Shown: positions 14,300 to 25,310 of the stretch, piece after piece
Position numbering within the stretch: the stretch's first letter is position 1
How the letters are laid out: each line of letters starts with the position of its first letter
Source: Octopus bimaculoides
Taxonomy: Eukaryota
Direction: 5' to 3'
NCBI RefSeq assembly: GCF_001194135.2
Contig: NC_068992.1
Span: forward strand, 17,867,834-17,931,833
DNA length: 64,000 bases
Position numbers and translations under genes: made by a program
The notes under the pieces: generated by a model
What the model saw: only the letters and a program-made list of their open reading frames with translations
The model's database searches: none
Told to the model about the DNA's origin: nothing

Positions 14300-14524
14300 C
14301 AAAATGTAACCATATGTGGATCGTTGGCAATTTTTTCCTTCGTCTTTCTTTTCTCTTGGACTTTCCTCCGTCTCCTGTTTCTGACGAAGATCTTTGCTCA
14401 AAACGTTAAAACTACTTTTCTTTCCTTCCCTGAGCGTCTGCTAATACTTTGCATGTACCGCGTACTTTCGTTGTTGTTTTTTCTTGTTGTGTTCTTCGTT
14501 TTTTTGGGGTGGGGGGGGATTTAC
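14300..14524 (+). mobile_element. Short hammerhead-bearing element ending in (TA)n (PLE terminal-repeat-like)
   Basis: Pyrimidine tract, hammerhead-like motif, cctgagcgt..ctaatac, cttcgttttt, actatata; same layout as 36731-36945. Confidence 0.55.
14377..14412 (+). ncRNA. Degenerate minimal hammerhead-like motif (probably inactive)
   Basis: gttt CTGACGA A GAtC ttt GCTC aAAAC GTT aaaac; G12 is replaced by A and stem II has one mismatch. Confidence 0.5.
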
Positions 14525-14537
14525 TATATATATATAT

Positions 14538-14703
14538 TGATAGAAAAGACAACAAAAGAAAGAGAGCTCAATATTATGTAAATAGAGGAATTTATCTGTA
14601 AACATATGTGACACTTATTCGGTAGCCTTGATAAAACTCCGAGTTTCGGATGCCGGGGCGGAAATCTACGCCACCATCTCTTCAGTTATCTGGCCATTGA
14701 AAA
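14538..14703 (-). mobile_element. Hammerhead-bearing element 3' part ending in (TA)n; 5' part lost in gap
   Basis: Minus strand runs hammerhead, aaattcctctatttacataatattgag, ttcttttgttgtc, TATATA. Confidence 0.55.
14623..14696 (-). ncRNA. Type I hammerhead ribozyme candidate, near-intact
   Basis: Stem I GATAA/TTATC (extended TGGCC/GGCTA), core CTGAAGA, stem II GATG/CATC plus GGCG/CGCC, GAAA, stem III ACTC-G-GAGT, cleavage triplet GUU. Confidence 0.7.
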
Positions 14704-15527
14704 NNNNNNNNNNNNNNNNNNNNNNNNNNNNNNNNNNNNNNNNNNNNNNNNNNNNNNNNNNNNNNNNNNNNNNNNNNNNNNNNNNNNNNNNNNNNNNNNN
14801 NNNNNNNNNNNNNNNNNNNNNNNNNNNNNNNNNNNNNNNNNNNNNNNNNNNNNNNNNNNNNNNNNNNNNNNNNNNNNNNNNNNNNNNNNNNNNNNNNNNN
14901 NNNNNNNNNNNNNNNNNNNNNNNNNNNNNNNNNNNNNNNNNNNNNNNNNNNNNNNNNNNNNNNNNNNNNNNNNNNNNNNNNNNNNNNNNNNNNNNNNNNN
15001 NNNNNNNNNNNNNNNNNNNNNNNNNNNNNNNNNNNNNNNNNNNNNNNNNNNNNNNNNNNNNNNNNNNNNNNNNNNNNNNNNNNNNNNNNNNNNNNNNNNN
15101 NNNNNNNNNNNNNNNNNNNNNNNNNNNNNNNNNNNNNNNNNNNNNNNNNNNNNNNNNNNNNNNNNNNNNNNNNNNNNNNNNNNNNNNNNNNNNNNNNNNN
15201 NNNNNNNNNNNNNNNNNNNNNNNNNNNNNNNNNNNNNNNNNNNNNNNNNNNNNNNNNNNNNNNNNNNNNNNNNNNNNNNNNNNNNNNNNNNNNNNNNNNN
15301 NNNNNNNNNNNNNNNNNNNNNNNNNNNNNNNNNNNNNNNNNNNNNNNNNNNNNNNNNNNNNNNNNNNNNNNNNNNNNNNNNNNNNNNNNNNNNNNNNNNN
15401 NNNNNNNNNNNNNNNNNNNNNNNNNNNNNNNNNNNNNNNNNNNNNNNNNNNNNNNNNNNNNNNNNNNNNNNNNNNNNNNNNNNNNNNNNNNNNNNNNNNN
15501 NNNNNNNNNNNNNNNNNNNNNNNNNNN

Positions 15528-15559
<32 letters not shown>

Positions 15560-16221
15560 GACCGGTATTGGCCCATGCCCTGACTAACTTAATAGCACCA
15601 CTTCGAAAACATACTTGATGATATTTATTATTAGAATCATTCTTTGAGCACCACAATTCATACAAATAAAGATATAACATTTATACATATGAAGTATTTT
15701 TAAAGAGTTAGCCTTTCTACGGATGCACAATCGCATAGACACTGTTTATTATTCATTACTCTTCTCTAATATATTTATATATTTATATCAATCTGTGAAT
15801 CTACTTAATATTTTAACATTTTATATATTTGATTCTTTCATTTTGCTTTACAGCTAATTAGATTGTAAAGTGCCTTCTTTTATGCCAGCTCAGTTCGTTA
15901 CTTAGTGTGTATATGTGTGTGAACTCATGAGTGTGCCTGTGAGAGCCTATGTGGTCATGTGTATGTGTAGGCTCCTTTATTTTTGTGATGTGCGTTGTGT
16001 GTAGAATTTAGCTTATACCTAGATACGGCCGGAGCGTATGTGCCTCTGAGTATACGTGTGTGCGTGTGCGTGCGCATACATGTGCGTATTATAAGGTCGT
16101 TGTTGGACGAGTGTGTTTACCTTTATGCTTCTCGAATCCCCTGAGGGTTGCCATAACCATTTTGAACTCTAAGGCCAGCCGTCACCAAGAAAACTTACTG
16201 TCAAAGAAGTACCAGCAGTGA

Positions 16222-16441
16222 TTATCCTCTCTATTATAGGCACAAAGCCTGAAATTTGGGGAGAGAGGGATAGTCGATTACATCGACCACCAGTACGCAA
16301 CTGGTAGTTGATTTATCGATCCCGAAAGGATGACAGGCAAAGTCGACCTAGGCGGAATTTGAACACAGAACGTAGCGACGGGCGATATGCCGCTAAGTAT
16401 TTAATCCTACGTTCTAGCGATTCTGCCAGTTCGCGATCTTA
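16222..16441 (-). mobile_element. SINE family B, full length with 12-bp TSD
   Basis: TSD taccagcagtga at 16210-16221 and 16442-16453. Confidence 0.9.
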
Positions 16442-16649
16442 TACCAGCAGTGAAAATGATAACGTACTAACATCGCCTGTGGAACTGCGAAAACCATGAG
16501 ATTGTTGGAAATTAAGAGAGGGTGATGGAATACCTAATACACCATCAGACATTCCTGTCCAGATTTGGCTACAGCTAATTTCTCCCTGAACGGAAATAAA
16601 GTCAGAGTGAGAGAAAGAAATATTTGGCGAAAATGAGAATCGACTCCTG

Positions 16650-16775
16650 TACAGAACAGGTATTTCATTTATCGACTCCGAAACGATGAAAGGCAAAGTT
16701 GTTTTCTTCGGGATCTGAAACTCAGAGCTCAGAAAACCTGAAAGATTACCACAAACACTCTAACCGATTCTGTAA
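16650..16775 (-). mobile_element. SINE family B fragment
   Basis: ttatcgactccgaaacgatgaaaggcaaagt...gatctgaaactcag. Confidence 0.7.
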
Positions 16776-16814
16776 CGATTGTACAATCCTGTACCAAAAT
16801 TAAACTCGCGAGGA

Positions 16815-16925
16815 ACTGTTTGGCTCAAAGGTATTGTGGAAGACACTTGCCCAAGACGCTGTGCAGTATGATCGAACCTGGAAACACGAAGTTGTGAGGC
16901 AAACATCTGAACCCCACAGTTATGC
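16815..16925 (-). mobile_element. SINE family C head fragment
   Basis: gaagacacttgcccaag...atcgaacctggaaacac. Confidence 0.7.
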
Positions 16926-17789
16926 CTAATCACAGCCAACTTCCATTTTACCGTCACATACTCTCATTTCCACGTTATTTATCCATCTTCAACAGACATT
17001 TTGCGAAAATCAAGATGCTTGTAACCATTAATGGAACAAAGAAGGACAATAAAACAACGGAGTCTTGGGAAACTAATTATGTTCTGTGTCAAGCTAAATG
17101 TAATATAAATAGGTCAAACAATAGACTATGTTCTGTCTCGACAATGAATAGAAGTGTAACGTTCTGGATACTTGTCCTTCTTGGAGAAGAGATATAGAGG
17201 GAATGAGAGACAGAGAGAGAGTGAGAGATAGAAATAAAGATACTATCGCTTTGCCATAAAATTGCCAATGAATGAAGAAAGAGTATCGCTTTATTGATCA
17301 TATCTAATTAGCGACGTTTTCTTCTATGGCGTTGGTCAAAAGATAGAAATCTTAATCGTAGTTTGTATTATTGTTAATCCTCAAGTTAGCTCTGATTGAA
17401 CATACCTATAATCAAAAGTATTTCAGCTAGGAACAGCTGCAATTTTTGTGTATTCAAGATTATATAAAATCTGACTCCACTTTTTACAAAACAGTAAGAA
17501 ATATGATTTGATGCATTTGTCAGCTATTCCTTCCCCCTTCAAATTCATCAAGCCTTTCAAGCGAGTCGACCATACACATTTTTTCGCCATAACCACCACC
17601 ACAATGAAAACTGCCTTGCCTTCCCGGTCAAAGGAAAGTGGCGGAGCGATAATTCTAAGGAATGTTTCATTAAGTAATTGTGCTTTCAGTTTTAAAGCTG
17701 TTTTATTAGTCGATTGTTGATGAAGTAGATATTAATGATAAGTCGAAAAAAAGGTATATTTTCAACAATGTTTAAAATAAACTGTTTCA

Positions 17790-18188
17790 AATTTTTAAAC
17801 AAGGCCAGTAATTTTGAAGGGAGGGTGGAGTCATTTCGATTACACGTACCCCTGTATTTGACTGGTACTTAATTTTATCGACACGGAAACGTTGAAAAGC
17901 AAAGGTGACTGTGGTGTGATTTGAACTCAGAAATTACAGAGTTAGAAGAAATACCGCCTTAGGAATGTTTTAAAACGGTTTCAAATTTTGGCACGAGGCC
18001 AGAAATTTCAGGGAGGAAATAAGTCGATTAAATCGATCCCAGTGCTCAACTGGTACTTGTTCAATTGACCCCGAAAGGATGAAAGGTGAAGTCGACCCTG
18101 GTGGAATCTGAACACAGAACGTAAAGACGGACGAAATGCCGCTAAACATTTTGTCCGGCGTGCTAACGATCCTGCTAGCTCACCGCTT
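17790..18188 (-). mobile_element. Two tandem SINE family B copies (older 17790-17965, younger 17975-18188)
   Basis: Both show actggtactt..atcga..gaaa..gaaa.gcaaag..gact...ttgaactcaga. Confidence 0.8.
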
Positions 18189-18354
18189 TAGAAATGCTTT
18201 AATAATGGTAAATAGTAACAAACTTAATTTACAATTGTGATATGTATTTTTGTAATGAGATGCACCTGAAATAAAGGACGTTTTCATAACGGTGAACATG
18301 GTCCATAGATGTCTTATAAATGTGTCAAATGGCATAGAGGTTCTGGATACATAT

Positions 18355-18733
18355 GGAGGCGCAATGGCCCAGTGGTTAGGGCAGCGTACTCGCGGTCATA
18401 GGATCGCAGTTTCGATTCCCAGACCGGGCATTGTGAGTGTTTATTGAGCGAAAACACCTAAAGTTCCACGAGGCTCCGGTAAGCGATGGTGGCGAACCCT
18501 GCTTTACTCTTTCACCACAACTTTCTCTCACTCTTATTTCCTGTTTCTGTTGTGCCTGTAATTCAAAGGGTCAGCCTTGTCACACTATGTCACGTTGAAT
18601 ATCCCCGAGAACTACGTTAAAGGTGCACGTGTCTGTGGAGTGCTCAGCTACTTGCACGTTAATTTCACGAGCAGGCTGTTCCGTTGATCGGATCAACTGG
18701 AACCCTCGACGTCGTAAGCGACGGAGTGCCATT
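18355..18733 (+). mobile_element. tRNA-headed SINE family A, full length, 11-bp TSD
   Basis: A-box TGGCCCAGTGG, B-box TTTCGATTCCC, 3' stem-loop CGTCG-TAAG-CGACG; TSD tggatacatat at 18344 and 18734. Confidence 0.92.
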
Positions 18734-19450
18734 TGGATACATATAACAACCGGAATCTAGGTCTCTTACAAGCTTACAAAAAGAATGCTCGATTTTTGTA
18801 ATAATTAGGCTCGAAAGCCTAATTTCTTATATTGCCAGTCGACACTTATCAAGATTGATGTCAAATATGATTGGTTGCAAATTATTTCAGTAGATATGTA
18901 TTCTAGTTAGCTGTAATCAACATTACTAAATATGGTAATGCTAATTGGAAGCAGATTTAATTTCACACTATATGTGCTGAAAGTCCTATAGAATAAGAAG
19001 TAAACGTTAAAAAAACAGTTCCCGGATTGATTTGTTTCACTAAAAATTTCAAGGCGATGCTCCAGCATGATCGTAATCCAATGACTGAAAACGATAAGAA
19101 GTACCATATATACGTGAGGTTTTTCTTTTAGAAATGGCTCAAGAACAAATCAACGTGCCGGAATCATTTCTTCGGTGTCCTGTTTTTTGAACGATGTTCA
19201 CTTAGCGTTGCTTGGTAACCGTTTATAAAATAATCCGGCTTATATACAGAAGGATAAATCTGAGTATTTGAATGTTGATTGTTGCGACTATCGAAACGTT
19301 TCCTTATAGGCATTTAGTGAGAAAAATAATTATGGAGTCTTTGATCATATCATCATCAGCAGTCGCTCTGAAATAAACTCGAGAAAAAGAAATCCTCAAT
19401 GTTATTTTCTAGCATATCAAACAAATGCGTATTCAACTCACTCATCCTAT

Positions 19451-19833
19451 TGTTGGCATTCCGTCGCTTACGACGACGAGGGTTCCAGTTGGTCCGATCA
19501 ACGGAACAGCCTGCTCGTGGAATTAACGTGGAAGTGGCTGAGCACTCCACAGACACGTGTACCCTTAACGTAGTTCTCTGGGATATTCAGCGTGACACAG
19601 AGTGCGACAAGTCTGGCCCTTTGAAATACAGGTACAACAGAAACAGGAAGAAAGAGTGAGAGAAAGTTGTGGTGGAAGAGTACAGCAAGGTTCGCCACCA
19701 TCGCTTACCGGATCCTCGTGCAGCATTAGGTGTTTTCGCTCAATAAACACTCACAACGCCCGGTCTGAGAATCGAAATCGCGATCCTACGACCGCGAGTC
19801 CACTGCCCTAACCACTAGGCCATTGCGCCTCCA
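19451..19833 (-). mobile_element. SINE family A, full length, 12-bp TSD
   Basis: TSD cactcatcctat at 19439-19450 and 19834-19845. Confidence 0.92.
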
Positions 19834-20219
19834 CACTCATCCTATATACCAAGCAGAAAGTCCTGTTGCTACTGTCGTCTATGCTCAGTACGCTGTGTCC
19901 GTTCCAGTGTAACCCTGACAGTTTGTGTCCTGTTGGTCCACTCCAAAGCTCTGTTGTATAATATAATTTGTAACTACACAAGCGGATGATATTTGGAAAA
20001 ATTGATTATAGTAAATATATCCTGCAGACCAACGGTGGAATAGAATGCAATGTCAAAACTGACTAGGAGGATTTGAACTCGGTCATTAACCAACGAAATC
20101 AATTATTTCTTAGTGCGTTACTATGTGAGTGGTAATATTAAAATCATCCTTACAAGCCTTAAAAACGGTATCACAATACATGTTAATAAGCTAATTCTTT
20201 CTGTTAAAGATATGAATGA

Positions 20220-20425
20220 TATCTTTCGGCACAAGATATGAAATTTTGTACGAAAGGGCCAGTCAGATGCATCGATTCCAGTGTACGACTGGGACTTAAT
20301 TTATCCACCACTAAATGATGAAAGAAAACGTCGACCTCGCCAGAACTTGAGCTCAGAATGTAAAGACGTACAAAACGCCGCTAAGTATTTTTCCGGCGTG
20401 TTGACGGTTTTGCCACCTCGCCCCC
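20220..20425 (-). mobile_element. SINE family B, degenerate
   Basis: ggcacaag tail, cgtcgacctcgccagaacttgagctcagaatgtaaagac. Confidence 0.75.
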
Positions 20426-21111
20426 TTAAATTGCAACAAGATAATAACAGTAAAATGCTTCCAAATTTGGGTGAAAGGCTAGTATGTTTAGGGAGTGAGA
20501 CTTGTTTCACGATTATATACTTCATGATTTAAGTATGTATTCAGAAACAGCTAAAGATTGAGTTTACACCAAGTTATGTATTATATATTTGAGTGGACTA
20601 AATATTTCCTCCAGCGCAATATAGCTAGCGAGCTTGCTAAGTGATAAATATTATAAATGAATTCGTTTCTAATCTTTGGCTTTCCAATTTCTAAATATAA
20701 TATTCACTATAATATGTACTATAACTTTCTGAATATAGTATTGTTTCAACTAAAGGTATATTTGTATTAAATCTCTAAACGAAATAATTTTAAATCTAAA
20801 GAATGATAAAAAATGTTTGTTTTCTCTAGCATGTTTGTTTAAATTTTAATTATATAAAATGACAAATTACAATGAGAATTATCTGAACTCTGAAAAATAA
20901 ACAACTCGAAACAAAACAAACCAAATAAAAAAAGAAACCAACAAATGACAAAAGAATTAAATCGAAGAAAGCTGAAAAAAACGAAACATGCATTAGAGAA
21001 TTAAGGATACATCATTATGTGATCATAGACATTAGCTAACCGTATCATACCAATGCTGTTTAATTTAATTAAAATTCAGGCTTTATATGTGCTGCTGCAA
21101 TGATTATAGGA

Positions 21112-21163
21112 AAATTAAAATGAAACCTGTAATGTTGTAACATTACAGGTTTCATTTTAATTT
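21112..21163. repeat. Perfect palindrome, 25-bp arms, 2-nt spacer
   Basis: aaattaaaatgaaacctgtaatgtt-gt-aacattacaggtttcattttaattt. Confidence 0.95.
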
Positions 21164-21334
21164 AAATCAATATAAATTATTGACAATTATTGCAGTATTC
21201 CAACGTTTTCTATGCAATATGGTTTCAGTAAAACATTATTAATGACTTGCACGCGCACACCCATGAACATAACATCTGTCACTATATATATATATTATAA
21301 GCGCACACACACCCACACACACACACACATAGTG

Positions 21335-21635
21335 TATCGATAAGACTAACGCAAGTTGTTATACACCACTTATTACAATGCACTTCCTTGCATTGTTGTA
21401 GCTTTCGAATGATGCTATACTGCTGGTTAGGCGAGCAGGAGCAATGCTCCAACTGATTGGAACGCCAATCTGTCACAGGGTCAACCATTTACACCTGTGT
21501 GGACTGAAGCGAAGTGAAATGAAAGGTTTTGTTAAAAAACACAACACACTGCCAATGCGGGAATCGACACCATGCTCTTGCGATCGTGTGCACAACACTC
21601 TAACCCCCAGGTCATGAATCCTTACATAACACACA
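21335..21635 (-). mobile_element. tRNA-headed CORE-like SINE, family D, degenerate
   Basis: Minus strand: tgtcgattccc B-box-like, gtgttgtgtt...cagtccacacaggtgtaaatgg, caatgca-aggaag-tgcattg hairpin in tail. Confidence 0.6.
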
Positions 21636-21665
21636 TACAAACACATATATCCACCCATCCACCCA

Positions 21666-22090
21666 AAGATATGTGGTCCATATGATATCGGGACAGTATT
21701 CAGAAGCAATACAACACTTCACAAATATCTTCTCCGAGTAAAACCATCCATAGAAGAGAATATGACCAAAAACTGCGTGTACTTAATCCCATACAATTGT
21801 GGTAGGTTATACAAAGTCGAAACTTGCCCTACCCTTAAAGTAAGGGTAGAGGAACATCGTAAAGCTGTGACACGAGGGGATGTTGGAAAATCGGGTATAA
21901 CCGATCATGTATGGAAAAATGGAAACACCTCCCGCTGTGGGATGAAGTTGGAATAATCGATAGAAAACACCACCGGAAAACACAAAAATTAAAAGAGACT
22001 GCACATATGCTTGAACACAATAATCTCCTAAGCAGACCTAGTGCAGATATGAATGTAACATGGTAACCAGTATTAAGAAAAGATAAAATA
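21666..22090 (+). pseudogene. Penelope-like element GIY-YIG endonuclease, decayed
   Basis: KICGPYDIGTVFRSNTTL...CVYLIPYNCGRLYKVETCPTLKVRVEEHRKAVTRGDVGKSGITDHVW, frameshift, HLPLWDEVGIIDRK...KLKETAHM...LLSRPS; fits the CVYxIPCxCGxxYxGETxRxLxxRxxEH motif. Confidence 0.9.
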
Positions 22091-22131
22091 CTAGGTTTAT
22101 AAGCCCTAAAATTCACTCTATAATTGCCCAC

Positions 22132-22195
22132 GGGCATATAGCTTAGTGGATAAGGGCGTGAGCTACTAACCCTTGGATTCTAAGGTCAATATCAA
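22132..22195 (+). promoter_or_regulatory. tRNA-type internal Pol III promoter remnant inside the PLE terminus
   Basis: A-box TAGCTTAGTGG at 22139-22149 fits TRGCNNARYGG; decayed B-box GGTCAATATC at 22184-22193 with tRNA-like spacing. Confidence 0.5.
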
Positions 22196-22277
22196 CAGAA
22201 ACAGGACATCATACCTTAGAAATGAGAACAGTGTAGACTGTTAGTTATATAAAGGGTTGGGATCAAAATTCCACCAG

Positions 22278-22323
22278 AACACCTGAGGAAGGCTGGAGAG
22301 TACATCAGCCGAAATGTTGTGAT
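22278..22323 (+). ncRNA. Minimal dimer-type hammerhead motif in PLE terminus
   Basis: aacac CTGAGGA A GGCTG-gagagtacat-CAGCC GAAAtGTT gtgat; C15.2 changed to T at a CpG. Confidence 0.65.
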
Positions 22324-23263
22324 GATAACAAACAAGATGAGGACACCTATCCGTCCATTATAAATAATGTACATAATTCCTCATCTCAAAAATATAGAAT
22401 AACAATTCTGATTCAATTCCAACTATGTTTGAGTTTCTATTGAATTCCATAATGACATCCTTATTTTCGACTCACGATTAAACTCTTCAAACATACTTAT
22501 GATCATAGGTTGTCTAACCTACCGATGGCCATAACTTCTTTAAAAAATTATCTCGACCTTTTAAGAGTGTTTGTCTCTGCTATTAAGATTCGAGCTTGTG
22601 GTGGGATTAGTATTTCTAGCAGGTCAAACGACCTAGTGGAGGCTCCTTCGTAGGATAGATATCACTAGTAGTTATTGTTCACCAGCAGCCTGTTCAGTTA
22701 GGCTGTAAGTTATATACTGCTCATCATTGGGAAGTGATTATCGCAATAATAGCTGATAATTGCAGTACTAACGATTATAGTTTCAACTTTACCGCGAGTG
22801 ATATGCTACATACTCATATTCCATTTATGTTATTCGAAACACATGCATAGCATATGAATAATTACTGAATTGACTTCAAACAAAGTACTATTAATGTATA
22901 TCGGATTTTCCTATGATGGCTGTATATAATCACCTGATAGACAGTGGATATATGTCTCTGATGATTTGTCTCAAAAACGACAACATAGCATACGGATTCC
23001 AATTTTTTTATTCATTAAATCGTGGAACTCGAAGTAGATTGAGCTATAAATAATAACAAAAAAAAAAAGATTGCTTTGGTACATCGGTGGAACTTCTGTT
23101 GTGTTTAGAGAAGATGTCAATTATGGTTTTCTTCAACATATTCTCCTCTAAGATTCACAGTCTTTCAGGTTTTCTAAGCCTTATAAAAGAACTCGGAAAT
23201 TTGGGCTATCAACTAGGCCTTTGGTAATAACTTTAAACACAGGAACTTTTCAGCACACACTTC

Positions 23264-23319
<56 letters not shown>

Positions 23320-24465
23320 CATTTTATCAATTGCCCTATTCCCAATTGCACTAGTCTTCTCTGTAGATATTTGGTTCATTATACAAGCCTGAAATATTTA
23401 ATTTTCTGAAAACAATTTATTTCTTGTAAAGTTCAGTCTGACATTTGTCAACAATCTGAATACGCCTGTAATTTAATAATTAAGTTTATCAGCAAACAAT
23501 TAGCTAATTCACACAAGAAATATAATTTCTTGCTCTATCAACTCAAGCTACGTTGCTGGAATAAATATCAATTAATTTCAATATTCATTAGAAATACTTA
23601 CAGCATTTGAATAATATTATCTATAGCAGATGGCTGTAATAATAAGGAAAATACTGTAGAAAGTAACTGATGAAACGCTGGTTTTGAATACTTAACTGTC
23701 AGAGGAACATTTTAAAAATCTATACACATACATGTATAAACACATATATATACATAAACATACACATATACTAATATCGACAAAGGCACCTTGTACAATT
23801 AATTGGCAATTGATAAAATTTTGATTTATATAATGTGTGTGCCGTGATAGACGATATCTGTTTATGTGTGTGTTTAAAAGGATTGATATATGCGGCTGCA
23901 CGTGTGTCTATAGCTGTAGACACATTCAGGTAGCTGCTGCGATAGTGCGTTTATAATCTGCATATATATATATATANNNNNNNNNNNNNNNNNNNNNNNN
24001 NNNNNNNNNNNNNNNNNNNNNNNNNNNNNNNNNNNNNNNNNNNNNNNNNNNNNNNNNNNNNNNNNNNNNNNNNNNNNNNNNNNNNNNNNNNNNNNNNNNN
24101 NNNNNNNNNNNNNNNNNNNNNNNNNNNNNNNNNNNNNNNNNNNNNNNNNNNNNNNNNNNNNNNNNNNNNNNNNNNNNNNNNNNNNNNNNNNNNNNNNNNN
24201 NNNNNNNNNNNNNNNNNNNNNNNNNNNNNNNNNNNNNNNNNNNNNNNNNNNNNNNNNNNNNNNNNNNNNNNNNNNNNNNNNNNNNNNNNNNNNNNNNNNN
24301 NNNNNNNNNNNNNNNNNNNNNNNNNNNNNNNNNNNNNNNNNNNNNNNNNNNNNNNNNNNNNNNNNNNNNNNNNNNNNNNNNNNNNNNNNNNNNNNNNNNN
24401 NNNNNNNNNNNNNNNNNNNNNNNNNNNNNNNNNNNNNNNTATATATATATATATATATAGGTATG

Positions 24466-24680
24466 TATGTGTTTGCAGCTGTGCTTATCCCTCCACCATC
24501 ACTTGACAACCGATGTTGGTATGTTTATGCCCCCGTAATTTAGCAAAAAAGACCGCTGGAAGAAGTTCCTGGTTTAAAAAAAGTACTAGTGTCGATTCAT
24601 TCAACTAAAAAAAAAAATCAAAGAGGTGCCCCAGCATGGCCGTATTCAAATGACTGAAGCAAGTAACAGAAAGAAAATAA
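24466..24680 (+). mobile_element. SINE family C 3' half (5' part in gap)
   Basis: ccatcacttgacaaccgatgttgg...ccagcatggccg...aagtaacagaaagaa. Confidence 0.8.
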
Positions 24681-25174
24681 AAGATGTATATATATATATA
24701 TAATAGTAAAATGTACGAAATTCGTAGGAAAGGTAAAAATCCAGAAAAATGGTGGACGCATTCGTCGCTCATCGCTTATCGACCAAACATCCTCATAATT
24801 TCGACACTTTATAACATTGCTAACTTTCGTGGCGTCAACATCAAAACTTTGGTAGGATATAAGTGAGCGGTCATGAAGTACAGAATGGGTCGAGTACAAA
24901 AAAAGACGGGCGTTTGTTGGTTGAATGGTGTAAAATATAAAAACCGAAAATGCAAAGACGGTATCAGCAGCATAAACAAATAATGAACGACATATACACT
25001 CATGTATGTATATACATACGCACATGTTTATATATGCATTATATGCATACGTATATATAAGTGTTTGTGCTTGTGTGTGACAACAGAACATTAGTTCATG
25101 AAGCAATATCTGTTGTTATGACAACTCGTATAATCTCTACTATAGATACAAGGATTGAAATGTGGTGGAATGGA

Positions 25175-25310
25175 CTAGTCGGATCGCTACATATCAAATC
25201 GAATATGTTGAAAGGCAAAGTCGACCTCTGCGAAATTCGAACACAGGTTGTAAAGATCGACGAAATACCGCTAAGCATTTTGCGCAGCGTGCTAAAAATT
25301 CTGCCAGCTC
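25175..25310 (-). mobile_element. SINE family B 5' part
   Basis: tgaaaggcaaagtcgacctc...gaaataccgctaagcatttt...ctgccagctc. Confidence 0.8.

Larger units (their letters stand above)
21666..22400 (+). mobile_element. 5'-truncated Penelope-like element with terminal region
   Basis: C-terminal GIY-YIG followed by tRNA-like head, hammerhead motif and A/T-rich end. Confidence 0.8.
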
